Below are positions 27,627 through 37,692 of a stretch of DNA of 64,000 bases, piece after piece. Position numbers and translations under genes: made by a program. Within the stretch, counting starts at the first letter, position 1; the number at the start of each line of letters is the position of its first letter. The stretch spans positions 16,869 through 80,868 of the forward strand of contig JAZQGP010000047.1 of NCBI GenBank assembly GCA_045540015.1. The letters run 5' to 3'. The DNA is from Eubacteriales bacterium. GTDB lineage: Bacteria; Bacillota; Clostridia; Oscillospirales; CAG-382. Below the pieces are notes generated by a model, which searched no databases, was not told the DNA's origin, and was given only the letters and a program-made list of their open reading frames with translations.

Positions 27627-29054
27627 ATGAAAGGGACTGTTTCACGAAAATTTCGTTTTATCGCGGCGGTCACTGCGCTTGCGTCTCTTTTGTCGTTTTG
27701 TAATGTAAACGGAGAGTATTATAACGACGAAAAATTTGAGATTTACAACAACATGAACGGCAATCAAGACGGAGTCAGGTACATTGTGCCAAACCTCTAC
27801 CGTCAAGATTCGGCATATCCTTACGTCAAGGATTTTCCGGTTGTTGTAACAGAAGGCGTTGAATATGTGCCTGTCTCCATGTTTTCGTTGTATTCTTACA
27901 TCGACGTAACCTACAGCAAGGTAACAGACAATTTTTACATGATAAATACAAAGACAAATGAATACCTTTCATTTGATGTAAATCAAGGAGTTGCCGCAAC
28001 ATCGGAAGGAGATACGCTTGACATGGAAACACGTATTTTCCACCGTACCCGCTACATTCCGGCAAAAGCAGTGGCGGAAATAATGGGGGTTAACTGTGAA
28101 ACCTACGATGACCAGGACCACGGAGTTTATGCTCTTAGAATAAGCGACCATAACGCATCACATTCATTCGACTCGCTTTTGGAACAATATCTGCCCGAGT
28201 CGCAGATGCCCTCCACATCCGAGCCGGCTCCCGCACCTTCGCAAAGCACTGTTACACCCTCGGATTCTACACCTCCTTCATCATATCAGGATCAACATAC
28301 GTCATATCAGCCTCCCAATAACCCGGTGATTGACACACAATATCCGGGTCCATCAGCCTCTTCAGGCAATCAACAAGGGCAATCCCAAACAAAACCGTCA
28401 GTCGAGCAACAGGATAAGCCTCAAACCAATCCAGACCCGATTCTATCAGTAGAAAAACGGCAAGTTGCAATTATGTTTGAAGCGGAAACTGATAAAATCA
28501 CTTCAAATGTAATAAAGATTCTGACAAACAACAAAATATCAGCATCATTTTCAGTAGATCGCGGATTCATTCTCTCGTCTTCCGCAAGTATAAGAAAAAT
28601 GATTTCCGGGAAACACTCTCTTTCGGTCACACTGTCAGACGAAGAAGTACAGTCTTTAACAGAAGAAAATATCAAAGAACAACTTCCGGCTTATCTTGAA
28701 GGAGCAAATCAAGCTCTCAGCGCCGTGTGCCACAGAAAAACGAGACTCTGCACTCTGCCGAAAAACGTAATAGAGCTTTTCGGCTCAGAAGACGAGCTTA
28801 ATAAGATTCTCGCAGATAACGGATATGTTTTGTTTGATGCAAATGTAACTGCAGATAACACTAAAAACGCACTTGCGGTTTACACTGAGCTTTCGCAAGG
28901 AATTGTAAATGCCTATCCTAAAAACAAGGTGGGACTTGTCAAAATGATAATCCCTTGCAACGACAACAGCGCAGGTATTACGGAAAATCTTGCGAAATTT
29001 ATAAACAAATACCCCAATTTTACGGCAACAGGTGCCAATGAAACCATGGCGTAG
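27627..29054 (+). CDS. secreted protein: copper-amine-oxidase-N-terminal-like domain, P/S/Q-rich linker and a divergent deacetylase-like C-terminal domain (tentative)
   Basis: 475-aa ORF with a signal peptide and a low-complexity linker (PSTSEPAPAPSQSTVTPSDSTPPSSYQDQ...). Lies directly upstream of the response regulator. Confidence 0.7.
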   Translation: MKGTVSRKFRFIAAVTALASLLSFCNVNGEYYNDEKFEIYNNMNGNQDGVRYIVPNLYRQDSAYPYVKDFPVVVTEGVEYVPVSMFSLYSYIDVTYSKVTDNFYMINTKTNEYLSFDVNQGVAATSEGDTLDMETRIFHRTRYIPAKAVAEIMGVNCETYDDQDHGVYALRISDHNASHSFDSLLEQYLPESQMPSTSEPAPAPSQSTVTPSDSTPPSSYQDQHTSYQPPNNPVIDTQYPGPSASSGNQQGQSQTKPSVEQQDKPQTNPDPILSVEKRQVAIMFEAETDKITSNVIKILTNNKISASFSVDRGFILSSSASIRKMISGKHSLSVTLSDEEVQSLTEENIKEQLPAYLEGANQALSAVCHRKTRLCTLPKNVIELFGSEDELNKILADNGYVLFDANVTADNTKNALAVYTELSQGIVNAYPKNKVGLVKMIIPCNDNSAGITENLAKFINKYPNFTATGANETMA

Positions 29055-29079
29055 ATTTGTTCAAAGGAGAACTGACAAC

Positions 29080-29808
29080 ATGGAAAACAGAAAAAAAAGA
29101 ATACTTATAATCGAGGATGAACGTGACATCTCGGAAATCCTGATGTACAACATACAAAAGCAAGGCTATGAATCGGATGCCGCTTACGATGGAGAAAAAG
29201 GGCTTGCTCTTGCACTCAGTGCAACATACGACCTTATCCTTCTCGACGTTATGCTTCCGAAAATGGACGGCTTTGAAATCTGCCGCAGAGTACGCGAAAG
29301 ACTTGACACACCGATTATCATGCTTACGGCACGCGAAGAGGAAAATGACAAGATAATGGGACTTGACCTTGGCGCCGATGACTACATGACAAAGCCATTC
29401 AGTCTCGGAGAGCTTTCTTCGCGCATAAAGGCGAACATTAGAAGGTATTCTGGTGAATCTGTTTCAAACGCAATTAATGCAGAACGAAAAGCAAAGACAG
29501 AAAATAAAAATATAATCACAATTGAAGACCTTGAAATTGACACCGGAGCATACAGCGTTAAAAAAGCAGGGGTTGAAATTTCACTTTCAAAGCAGCAATA
29601 CGACCTGCTTGTATTCCTTGCCACAAACAGAGGCAAAAAATACCGCCAGGAAGCACTTCTTGAACAGGTTTGGGGCTACGATGATTATTACGGTGACGAA
29701 AGAACGGTTGACGTTACAGTTGCACGTCTCAGAAAGCGCATTGAGGACAATCCCTCCGAACCTAAGTACATCAAAAACAAACGTGGAATGGGCTACTATA
29801 TTGAGTAA
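29080..29808 (+). CDS. OmpR/PhoB-family response regulator (WalR-like)
   Basis: Receiver domain (ILIIEDE, DLILLDVMLPKMDG, KPF) and a winged-helix output (TVDVTVARLRKRIE, RGMGY). ATG at 29080 lies after AAAGGAGA. Confidence 0.9.
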   Translation: MENRKKRILIIEDERDISEILMYNIQKQGYESDAAYDGEKGLALALSATYDLILLDVMLPKMDGFEICRRVRERLDTPIIMLTAREEENDKIMGLDLGADDYMTKPFSLGELSSRIKANIRRYSGESVSNAINAERKAKTENKNIITIEDLEIDTGAYSVKKAGVEISLSKQQYDLLVFLATNRGKKYRQEALLEQVWGYDDYYGDERTVDVTVARLRKRIEDNPSEPKYIKNKRGMGYYIE

Positions 29809-29929
29809 CTTACTTTTTTGAAAAAAGTAAGCAAAAAACTTTTCATTGGTGAAATCGAAGTCTAAACAACTTCGATTTCACATCACATTCCTAATGAATT
29901 AAGTATAAATTTAAACAACTTTAATTTCA
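29809..29929. repeat. modular intergenic repeat, copy B (short form) between the regulator and kinase genes
   Basis: Perfect palindrome CTTACTTTTTT-G-AAAAAAGTAAG starts right after the stop codon. Hairpin GTGAAATCGAAGT/ACTTCGATTTCAC is at 29848-29880. A second copy of the right arm is at 29910-29929. Confidence 0.7.
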
Positions 29930-30145
29930 CGCAGCTGCATATTTAAGCAAAATCTGAAAACGAGGTTGCTTAAACCTTGTTTTCGGCAAGAAACGAACGC
30001 AGTCCATAATCAACATCCGAGCTGTCCGCGCTCCTTATATGCGGGCAGCGGTATATGTCGCGTGGTAAATGTTGTACAAAAGCATATGCGCGGTTTGGGT
30101 GCAGCGTCACGCTGCTCTCCGAAAGAAAGCGAGAGGAGGTAAAAA

Positions 30146-31933
30146 ATGTATAAGAGCCTTAATTCAAAGCTTGTGCTTATATTTATAGTGTTCATGATTT
30201 CGGTTATGGCAACAGTCGGAATATTTCTAATGAACAGTGTTTTCGGCTTTTATTCTAATGAATTTGTGTCGCGTATAGATGACGGCTTTTCTGAAAACGT
30301 GACACGTCAGCTTACCGAAACTCTCGCTTATGAGGACTTTGCACAGTCACAAAAACAGCTTTTTTCCGCATATGCCAGCATTTTTGGCTTTGACAGCGGA
30401 AGAAATTTTTATATTCTCGACAAAAACGCAAACATTCTTGCTTCCTCCGATGACTCTGTCGGACGGCTTTCGGTAACGCCCAACCTCATGAACGCTATGA
30501 ACGGAAAAACAAGCTCAAGTCAGTCATATGGAGCAGATTTTCTCGATTATGCAAAATATGTGGAAAAAGACGGAAATGCTTGCATAGTATATATAAAAGA
30601 CGACCTTTCCGAAATGAGAAAGCTGTCGTTCATGCAGTTTTCAATTATAATACAGGCGCTTATGGTAGGTCTTATAATAGCACTAATTATGGCGTTTTTC
30701 CTTGCCGGCGCAATAACGGGACCCGTAAAAACAATCACCGACAGCACCGTGCAGATTGCAAACGGTGAATATTCCCACCGTCTTAAAATCCGCGCCAAAG
30801 ACGAAATCGGAACTCTTGCCAAAAACTTTAACACCATGGCACAGGTTATAGAAAACACCCTTGGAGAAGTTTCCGGTGAACAGGAAAAGCTTAAAAATGT
30901 ATTTAACCGCCTCGATGCAGGCGTTGCTGCCTTTGATGAAAACGGAGTTCTTTTACACATCAACCCAAGTGCACTCGAAATACTTTCGCTTCCCGAAAGC
31001 TACTCTCCTTCATTTAACGAGCTGACAGCAGCTCTCGGCACTCCCGAAATTACAATGCAGCTACTCAAAAAGACCGGTGAAATACATATCGAAGAACAGC
31101 CGCTATCGGACATTAAAACCCGAGAGCTTACGCTTCGCATTGACTACAGCGTATTCGGCTACGACGGAGCCTCAAAATCAGGCTTTATCGCTGTGTTCCA
31201 GAACATCACAGAGCAAGCACTGCTTGAAAAGAACAGACGTGAGTTTATCGCAAACGTCTCACACGAGCTTCGCACTCCGCTTACAAGCATCAAGGGTGCA
31301 ACCGAGACGATTATTTCCGACGACGAAATGCCCGATAGCATAAGACGTCGTTTTCTCGGAATTGTTATGAACGAATCCGACAGAATGACGAGAATTGTTC
31401 AGGATTTACTTGTGCTGTCAAGACTTGACAACCGAAGAATGTCCTGGAAGCCGACAAAATTTGATTTGTATGGTGCAATTGAAGTAATGTGCAGTGCACT
31501 CAGAGCCGAAGCCGAAACACACCGCCACATGCTCACATTTTCCTCTGTTCATAATATGCCTATGCGCATATATGCCGACAAGGAACGAATTGAACAGGTT
31601 ATTACCAACATTATCGGAAACGCCATAAAATATACTCCCGACGGCGGACAGGTTGACGTGTCGCTTTCTCTTGACGGAAATGACAGCTACAAAATAGTTG
31701 TAAAGGACAACGGTGTCGGTATTGCCGAAGATGACCTTGTTCATCTGTTTGAAAGATTTTACAGAGTTGATAAGTCACGTTCAACAGATGCCGGCGGAAC
31801 GGGTCTGGGTCTTTCAATTGCAAAAGACATTATTGATGCTCATAACGGAAACATTCAAGTTGAAAGTAAGCCCGGCGAGGGTACAATGGTTATTATTACA
31901 CTGCCTAAGGATACAAGAGTAAGCAACAATTGA
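30146..31933 (+). CDS. sensor histidine kinase (two TM helices, HAMP, PAS, HisKA, HATPase; WalK-like)
   Basis: 595-aa ORF with H-box SHELRTPLTSI, N-box NAIKYTP, and G-boxes DNGVGI and GGTGLGLSI. Confidence 0.9.
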   Translation: MYKSLNSKLVLIFIVFMISVMATVGIFLMNSVFGFYSNEFVSRIDDGFSENVTRQLTETLAYEDFAQSQKQLFSAYASIFGFDSGRNFYILDKNANILASSDDSVGRLSVTPNLMNAMNGKTSSSQSYGADFLDYAKYVEKDGNACIVYIKDDLSEMRKLSFMQFSIIIQALMVGLIIALIMAFFLAGAITGPVKTITDSTVQIANGEYSHRLKIRAKDEIGTLAKNFNTMAQVIENTLGEVSGEQEKLKNVFNRLDAGVAAFDENGVLLHINPSALEILSLPESYSPSFNELTAALGTPEITMQLLKKTGEIHIEEQPLSDIKTRELTLRIDYSVFGYDGASKSGFIAVFQNITEQALLEKNRREFIANVSHELRTPLTSIKGATETIISDDEMPDSIRRRFLGIVMNESDRMTRIVQDLLVLSRLDNRRMSWKPTKFDLYGAIEVMCSALRAEAETHRHMLTFSSVHNMPMRIYADKERIEQVITNIIGNAIKYTPDGGQVDVSLSLDGNDSYKIVVKDNGVGIAEDDLVHLFERFYRVDKSRSTDAGGTGLGLSIAKDIIDAHNGNIQVESKPGEGTMVIITLPKDTRVSNN

Positions 31934-31953
31934 GCTGAAAGAGGATATGATCT

Positions 31954-32670
31954 ATGAAGAAACAAACAGAGCCGCTTTCCTGGACACTTGAAAATGAAGC
32001 ATTCGGAAAAGGCGCAATCGTCTGCGGAACAGATGAAGCAGGCAGAGGTCCTCTTGCGGGTCCAGTATACGCAGCAGCAGTTGTTCTTGATTACAACGAC
32101 CGCAATAAAGACGAGATTGTCCTACTCAACGACTCTAAAAAGCTCACCGAAAAAAAACGCTTTGCTCTGGCTCCAAAAATAAAAAATGCGGCAGTTTCCT
32201 ACTGTGTTGCCTACAGCACTGTCGAGGAAATAGAAAACACCGACATCCTGTCAGCATCGCTCCATGCCATGAGAAAAGCAATTGACGGACTCAGTCTTGC
32301 AGGAGATAATATATCCGAAGAAAAGAAAAGAGAGCTTAACATTTGCTGTCTCGGCGGAAAAAGTCTGAGACCAACCGGTGTGCTTGTGGACGGCTGTATT
32401 TCAAGGGATTTTACAATCCCTGCAAAAGCAATTATCGGTGGCGACGGAATAAGCCCGTCTATTGCAGCAGCATCAATACTTGCGAAAACCGAAAGGGATT
32501 TATACTGCACCGAAATCCTTGACAAAAACTATCCGGAGTATCTTTTTGCAAAGCACAAGGGTTACGGCACAAAAGACCATTATGCTGCCGTTGACAAATA
32601 CGGTCTGTGCAAAGAACACAGGGCAAGCTTTTTCAAAAAGTATTTCGAGAGAAAAAACGGGGAAAGCTAA
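31954..32670 (+). CDS. rnhB: ribonuclease HII
   Basis: GTDEAGRGPLAGPV catalytic motif in a 238-aa ORF. Confidence 0.88.
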   Translation: MKKQTEPLSWTLENEAFGKGAIVCGTDEAGRGPLAGPVYAAAVVLDYNDRNKDEIVLLNDSKKLTEKKRFALAPKIKNAAVSYCVAYSTVEEIENTDILSASLHAMRKAIDGLSLAGDNISEEKKRELNICCLGGKSLRPTGVLVDGCISRDFTIPAKAIIGGDGISPSIAAASILAKTERDLYCTEILDKNYPEYLFAKHKGYGTKDHYAAVDKYGLCKEHRASFFKKYFERKNGES

Positions 32671-32671
32671 A

Positions 32672-33046
32672 GTGAAAAACACACGGCTCTACGGTGCTTT
32701 CGGAGAAGATGCCGCAGCAAAGTATCTTGAAGAACACGGGTTTACAATTCTCTGCCGAAACTACTGCATAAAAGGCGGAGAAATTGATATAGTCGCGACA
32801 AAGGGCGATAGAATCTGCTTTGTCGAAGTAAAGGCAAGACAGGTATCCTCGGGCGAAAGACCGATGGAAGCAGTCAACGAAGTAAAAAGGAAACGCCTTG
32901 CTTTATCCGCTGAAAAATTTCTTGAAGAATACAGAGACAATGCGTATGTAAGCGCGCTTGTGCCGCAGCTTTGCGTTGCTGAGATATATACGGACAGCAA
33001 ATCAAACGCCGTAAAATACGGACTGTTCTTTGATTCGCTGTATTAA
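32672..33046 (+). CDS. yraN: YraN family (UPF0102) endonuclease-like protein
   Basis: GTG start 2 nt after the rnhB stop. Motifs GEIDIV...FVEVKAR. rnhB-yraN synteny is conserved. Confidence 0.8.
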   Translation: MKNTRLYGAFGEDAAAKYLEEHGFTILCRNYCIKGGEIDIVATKGDRICFVEVKARQVSSGERPMEAVNEVKRKRLALSAEKFLEEYRDNAYVSALVPQLCVAEIYTDSKSNAVKYGLFFDSLY

Positions 33047-33068
33047 AAACATAGGGGAGATAAGTTTT

Positions 33069-34004
33069 ATGAAGCTTTTTGACCTGCATTGCGACACTTT
33101 GAGTAAAATCTATAAAGGACAGGGAGCTTTTCTGTCTAACAATCTCGGTGTTTCGCTTGAGAATTTTGAAAAATATGAGAAAAAATCCCAGATTTTCGCA
33201 ATCTGGAGCAACAGTGAAAGTACAGACGACGAAGCTTATCTTGAATTTATGCATATGGCGGACTATTTCCGCGACAGCATAAATGAACTTGATGACAAAA
33301 TAACACTTTGTACAAAAAGTCAAGACCTTGACTCCACAGAAAAGCTTTGTGCAATTCTTGCAGTTGAAGACGCAAGGCTTCTAGGAGGCAATCTTGAAAG
33401 ACTTGAAAAGCTCTACGAAAAAGGCGTGCGAGTTCTGACGCTCGGCTGGCAAGGATCAACCTGCATAGGCGGCTCTTATGACACGGACGATGGACTTACG
33501 GATTTTGGTTTTGAAGTGCTTTCAAAATGTGAGGAGCTCGGAATAACCATAGATGTATCACATCTTTCGGACAAAAGCTTCTGGGATGTTGCAGGAAAAG
33601 CAACAAAACCCTTTATTGCCTCGCACTCAAACTCATCCATGCTGTTTAACCACCCGAGAAATCTCACTGATACACAGCTTCGTACAATAGTTTCTTCCGG
33701 AGGAATTGTCGGCGTAAGCTTTGTGGGAAACCATCTGTCGGCGCTTCTCTCACAGGAGGGAATAAACGAAAACAAGGTGTATGAGACGGTGTGTACACAC
33801 ATCGAGCATTTTCTGTCTATTGACGAAAAATGCGTTTGCATCGGCTCGGATTTTGACGGAACGGCAATTCTTCCCGGACTTGAGAACGTGTCACAAACAG
33901 AAAACCTCTGCAAAGCGCTCGTTAACCGCATAGGCTCAGAACAAACTGCTGACAACGTTTTTTACAGCAATGCCTATAACTTCTTCGCAAAGAATCTCGG
34001 ATAA
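33069..34004 (+). CDS. membrane dipeptidase (peptidase M19 family)
   Basis: Metal-ligand motifs DLHCDT, DVSHLSD and ASHSNS. ATG at 33069 lies after AGGGGAGA. Confidence 0.8.
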   Translation: MKLFDLHCDTLSKIYKGQGAFLSNNLGVSLENFEKYEKKSQIFAIWSNSESTDDEAYLEFMHMADYFRDSINELDDKITLCTKSQDLDSTEKLCAILAVEDARLLGGNLERLEKLYEKGVRVLTLGWQGSTCIGGSYDTDDGLTDFGFEVLSKCEELGITIDVSHLSDKSFWDVAGKATKPFIASHSNSSMLFNHPRNLTDTQLRTIVSSGGIVGVSFVGNHLSALLSQEGINENKVYETVCTHIEHFLSIDEKCVCIGSDFDGTAILPGLENVSQTENLCKALVNRIGSEQTADNVFYSNAYNFFAKNLG

Positions 34005-34050
34005 TCAACACAACAGTTAATCAATTCCCTTTAAGGAAAGGACATATAAA

Positions 34051-35535
34051 ATGAACTACTACAGCACAAGAGACACAGAAAGAAAAACTCCCAAAACTTC
34101 AGCCGAAGTCATAAAGCAGGGACTTGCAGATGACGGCGGACTTTTTCTTCCCGAAACCATCCCAACCATTGACCTTGATTTTATAAAGGAAATAGGCGCT
34201 CTTTCCTATTCCGAAAGAGCAGCAAAGGTGCTTTCGCTATATCTTACCGACTACACCTATGACGAGCTTCTTACCTGTGCAAAAGGCGCATACGACGATG
34301 GCTTTGGCGAATTTGCAGCACCTGTCAGCATGCTTATCGGTGACGATTTGCGTGTGCTTGAGCTTTGGCACGGACCGACCTGTGCGTTTAAAGACATGGC
34401 ACTTCAGATAATGCCGAGACTTCTTTCTCTCGCCCTTAAAAAGACAGGTGAAACCAAAACCGCACTCATTCTCGTTGCAACAAGCGGCGATACGGGAAAA
34501 GCAGCTCTTGAAGGCTATCGCGATGTCGACGGCGTTAAAATCATGGTGTTCTACCCTGAGGATGGCGTAAGCGATATGCAAAAACTGCAGATGACAACTC
34601 AAGAGGGTGAAAACGTGTGTGTTTGTGCAATAAAAGGAAACTTTGACGATGCGCAGACAGGCGTTAAAAAGATTTTCGCTGACAAAGACGCTCAGGCAAA
34701 GCTTGCTGAGAATAACACTTTCCTCTCAAGCGCAAACTCCATCAACTGGGGCAGACTTGCTCCTCAAATTGTTTACTACATTTCCGCATACGCAGACCTT
34801 GTTGCACAGGGCGATATTGCTCTCGGTGAAAAGGTTGACATAACCGTTCCCACAGGAAACTTCGGCAACATCTTTGCCGCATACCTTGCAAAACAAATGG
34901 GACTTCCGGTAAACCGCTTTATCTGTGCTTCAAACAGCAATAATATACTTACTGATTTTCTCAATACCGGTGTATATGACAGAAACCGCAATTTCTATAC
35001 ATCAATTTCTCCTTCAATGGATATTCTCATTTCTTCAAACCTTGAAAGACTTCTCTATTTTGCAGCCGGCGCTGAAAAGACACGTGCATATATGAAGAGC
35101 CTCGGCGATACAGGAAGATACGAGGTTGAAGCGGACATTCTCGCTTCACTCAAAGCTGATTTCTCCGCTTACTGCTGTGACGAAGACAACTGTAAGGCAA
35201 CAATCAAGAATATATTTGACAAATATTCCTACGTTTGCGACCCGCATACTGCGGTTGCTGTATATGCAGCTCAGAAGTTTGTCGACAAGGAAAACACGGG
35301 ACTTAAAAACATTGTAGCTTCTACTGCAAGCCCCTATAAATTCGCTGCAGACGTGCTTCTGTCTCTAGACGAAACCGTTCCCGAAAGCAACAAAGATATC
35401 CTTGAAAAGCTTGCAAATGACACAAAGACAGAAATTCCGTCACCTCTTGCAACTCTCTTCGGAAAACCCGTAAGATTTACAAAATCCGTCGGCAGAACCG
35501 ACGCGGAAATGTTGCAAGAAGTACTCTCTGTATAA
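34051..35535 (+). CDS. thrC: threonine synthase
   Basis: 494-aa ORF, long-form ThrC, with PLP lysine motif PTCAFKDMALQ and ATSGDTGKAA. Confidence 0.9.
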   Translation: MNYYSTRDTERKTPKTSAEVIKQGLADDGGLFLPETIPTIDLDFIKEIGALSYSERAAKVLSLYLTDYTYDELLTCAKGAYDDGFGEFAAPVSMLIGDDLRVLELWHGPTCAFKDMALQIMPRLLSLALKKTGETKTALILVATSGDTGKAALEGYRDVDGVKIMVFYPEDGVSDMQKLQMTTQEGENVCVCAIKGNFDDAQTGVKKIFADKDAQAKLAENNTFLSSANSINWGRLAPQIVYYISAYADLVAQGDIALGEKVDITVPTGNFGNIFAAYLAKQMGLPVNRFICASNSNNILTDFLNTGVYDRNRNFYTSISPSMDILISSNLERLLYFAAGAEKTRAYMKSLGDTGRYEVEADILASLKADFSAYCCDEDNCKATIKNIFDKYSYVCDPHTAVAVYAAQKFVDKENTGLKNIVASTASPYKFAADVLLSLDETVPESNKDILEKLANDTKTEIPSPLATLFGKPVRFTKSVGRTDAEMLQEVLSV

Positions 35536-35574
35536 CCCCACATTCAACATTTGAAATTTTATACTATAATTCAA

Positions 35575-35607
35575 GTCGGCAACACAGCTCAGGTTGCCGG
35601 CTTTTTC
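35575..35607 (+). terminator. thrC intrinsic terminator
   Basis: GTCGGCAAC-9 nt-GTTGCCGGC followed by TTTTT. Confidence 0.75.
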
Positions 35608-35685
35608 TTCAAAAAAAGAACCGTGCCATAATTGAACACAGTTCTTTTATCAATATAATTTTATAAGATTATTTTTGACCTGCGT

Positions 35686-36636
35686 TTACACCATAGCTGC
35701 AACAGCATTTGCTGCACATTCTGCATCTGACAGCTTTGCAAGCTCTGTCGCGCTTCCTATATTATCTACAGGTATACATATTTCCACGATCTTACATCCA
35801 AGCTTCGATTTGCATGCCGTCATTGCATCTGATATAAAATCCGCATCCGAAAAACGTGCAAACTCAACGACGTTCTTTTCGCATGTCGAAACCACCCTGT
35901 CTACAAGAGTACTGTCAGACGTAAAGCCCTTGCCCATAACATTTACTGCCATTCCGCCGCCTACGCCTGCCTTTTGTTTGTCATTTGTTTTACCAAAACC
36001 TGCAGCACGAACATTGTATATTTCATCTGCATCAATCGGATACATCGCAGCACTTGCGCCTCTGCCGCCAAGACGCTCCTGGACAGTAAAGATAAAATAC
36101 ACGTCACCCTCAAAAAATTCCGCAGTTTTTGCCGCTTTGATAAGGCACGCAATACCAAGCCTTGAGCTAAGAGTTCCCGCACTTATATAATCTCCCGAAA
36201 GAGGTACAATTGAATCCGCAAAATGCGCCTTCGCTCCTTGCGGTATTTGGTTTTCAGGTTCAGCTCCGAGAACTGCGTTGAAATCAGAAATACGTGTGTC
36301 AGAGCTGTAGCTTGCAGGCGGAATAAGCAAAGCATTTTCCCCTGTTTCAAAGATTATTCTCCGATATGCCGCAAACTGAGCCTTTATATTTCCAAGCGGT
36401 GCGACTCTTACGGTGTCACCATCAGCATGGGTACAAATAAAGCCTTCGCAGTCCATGTGTGTCATAAAAACGCGCCTTGTTCCGCTCCCGATTTTATGAC
36501 ATATAAGGTTTCCGAGCGAATCTGTTTTTATTTCATCAAATACGTCTGAAAGCTCGCCCTTTATAAATTCTCTCATTTGTTCTTCGCTTCCCGATACTGA
36601 CGGTATTGCGACCAGCTTATTGAGAAGTTCTTTCAT
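35686..36636 (-). CDS. M42 family metallopeptidase (third of three tandem paralogs)
   Basis: 316-aa ORF with an M42/M20-type N-terminus (LVAIPSVSGSEEQ) and paralogy to the two upstream genes. Confidence 0.78.
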   Translation of the reverse strand: MKELLNKLVAIPSVSGSEEQMREFIKGELSDVFDEIKTDSLGNLICHKIGSGTRRVFMTHMDCEGFICTHADGDTVRVAPLGNIKAQFAAYRRIIFETGENALLIPPASYSSDTRISDFNAVLGAEPENQIPQGAKAHFADSIVPLSGDYISAGTLSSRLGIACLIKAAKTAEFFEGDVYFIFTVQERLGGRGASAAMYPIDADEIYNVRAAGFGKTNDKQKAGVGGGMAVNVMGKGFTSDSTLVDRVVSTCEKNVVEFARFSDADFISDAMTACKSKLGCKIVEICIPVDNIGSATELAKLSDAECAANAVAAMV

Positions 36637-36675
36637 TTTACATCTACTCCTCCCGGAATTTTATATACCTGTATA

Positions 36676-37692
36676 CTATTTTTCTGTAATTTTTGACACC
36701 GCAAGACCTGCAAGCTTATACATATTTTCCATGTCCGAAACGCTTGCAACACTTGCACTCGTATGAATATATCTGCATGGAAGTGAAATTGCGGCAACTC
36801 TTACACCCGCAGCGCTTTTTTGTATTCTGGAAGCGTCGGTTCCGCCTGCAACACGTGATTTGGTTTGACAGGGTATGCCGTTTTCAAAAGCAAGCTGCAT
36901 TATAAAATTGTACAGCTCTTTATCATAAAGAGTTCCTGCGTCCATGAACGGACAAACAGGTCCGCTTCCTACACTGCAAACCTTGTCAGCACCCGCGTTT
37001 GGATATATGTCCGATGCCGTTGTCCCCTCCAATATAAGGCATACATCGGGGTTTATCCTGATAGTCGCGGCACCAGCGCCTACGCCTCCTACTTCCTCTC
37101 CGACTGTGAATGCAAAATATGTGTCGTATTCCGGCTTTTGCTTTGCAAGCATGCACATTATGGTACATCCGATTCTGTCATCAAGCGCCTTTGACTTTAC
37201 AAGCCCATTTCCGAAAAAGCAGAAATCCGAATCAAAAACCGCATACTGTCCGAAAAGTTCTTCTGCATCCTTACGGTCTCTTGCACCAACGTCAATATAC
37301 AAATCCGAAATTTTCAAGTCCTGCTTCGCTCCGGATAAATGAACAGGCGCAGAACCGATAACACCAATTCTTCCGTCTTTACCAATTCTCACACGCTTTG
37401 ACGGCATAGCTGATGCCGATATTCCGACTGCATCAAACAACAGCGTCCCGTCATCGGTTACGTGTTTTATGCAAAAACCAACCTCGTCCATGTGAGCACA
37501 AAGCATAATCTTTTTTTCTCTGCTTTTTCCGTATCGTACACCAATGAGGTTGCCGAGTGCATCGCTGTACAGCTCATCGCAAAAGTCCTTTATCTCGTCT
37601 GAAATCAAGACTCTGACATTGTCCTCAAAGCCGGATACACCGTCCGCCTCGCAAAGACGGCGTAGAAGCTCCATATCAAATCGCCCTGCCAT
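36676..37692 (-). CDS. M42 family metallopeptidase (second paralog)
   Basis: 338-aa ORF with AHMDEVGF, DDRIGC and EEVGG metal-ligand motifs. Confidence 0.85.
   Translation of the reverse strand: MAGRFDMELLRRLCEADGVSGFEDNVRVLISDEIKDFCDELYSDALGNLIGVRYGKSREKKIMLCAHMDEVGFCIKHVTDDGTLLFDAVGISASAMPSKRVRIGKDGRIGVIGSAPVHLSGAKQDLKISDLYIDVGARDRKDAEELFGQYAVFDSDFCFFGNGLVKSKALDDRIGCTIMCMLAKQKPEYDTYFAFTVGEEVGGVGAGAATIRINPDVCLILEGTTASDIYPNAGADKVCSVGSGPVCPFMDAGTLYDKELYNFIMQLAFENGIPCQTKSRVAGGTDASRIQKSAAGVRVAAISLPCRYIHTSASVASVSDMENMYKLAGLAVSKITEK

Noticed and set aside
29848-29929. The 20-nt direct repeats (yTAAACAACTTyrATTTCAC) separated by ~30 nt in copies B and C of the intergenic element looked like a degenerate CRISPR mini-array.
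   Set aside because: There are only two repeat units per locus, and the unit is shorter than CRISPR repeats. One unit is the right arm of a palindromic hairpin. No cas genes are in the window. The 'spacers' are flanked by other conserved modules of the same repeat family.
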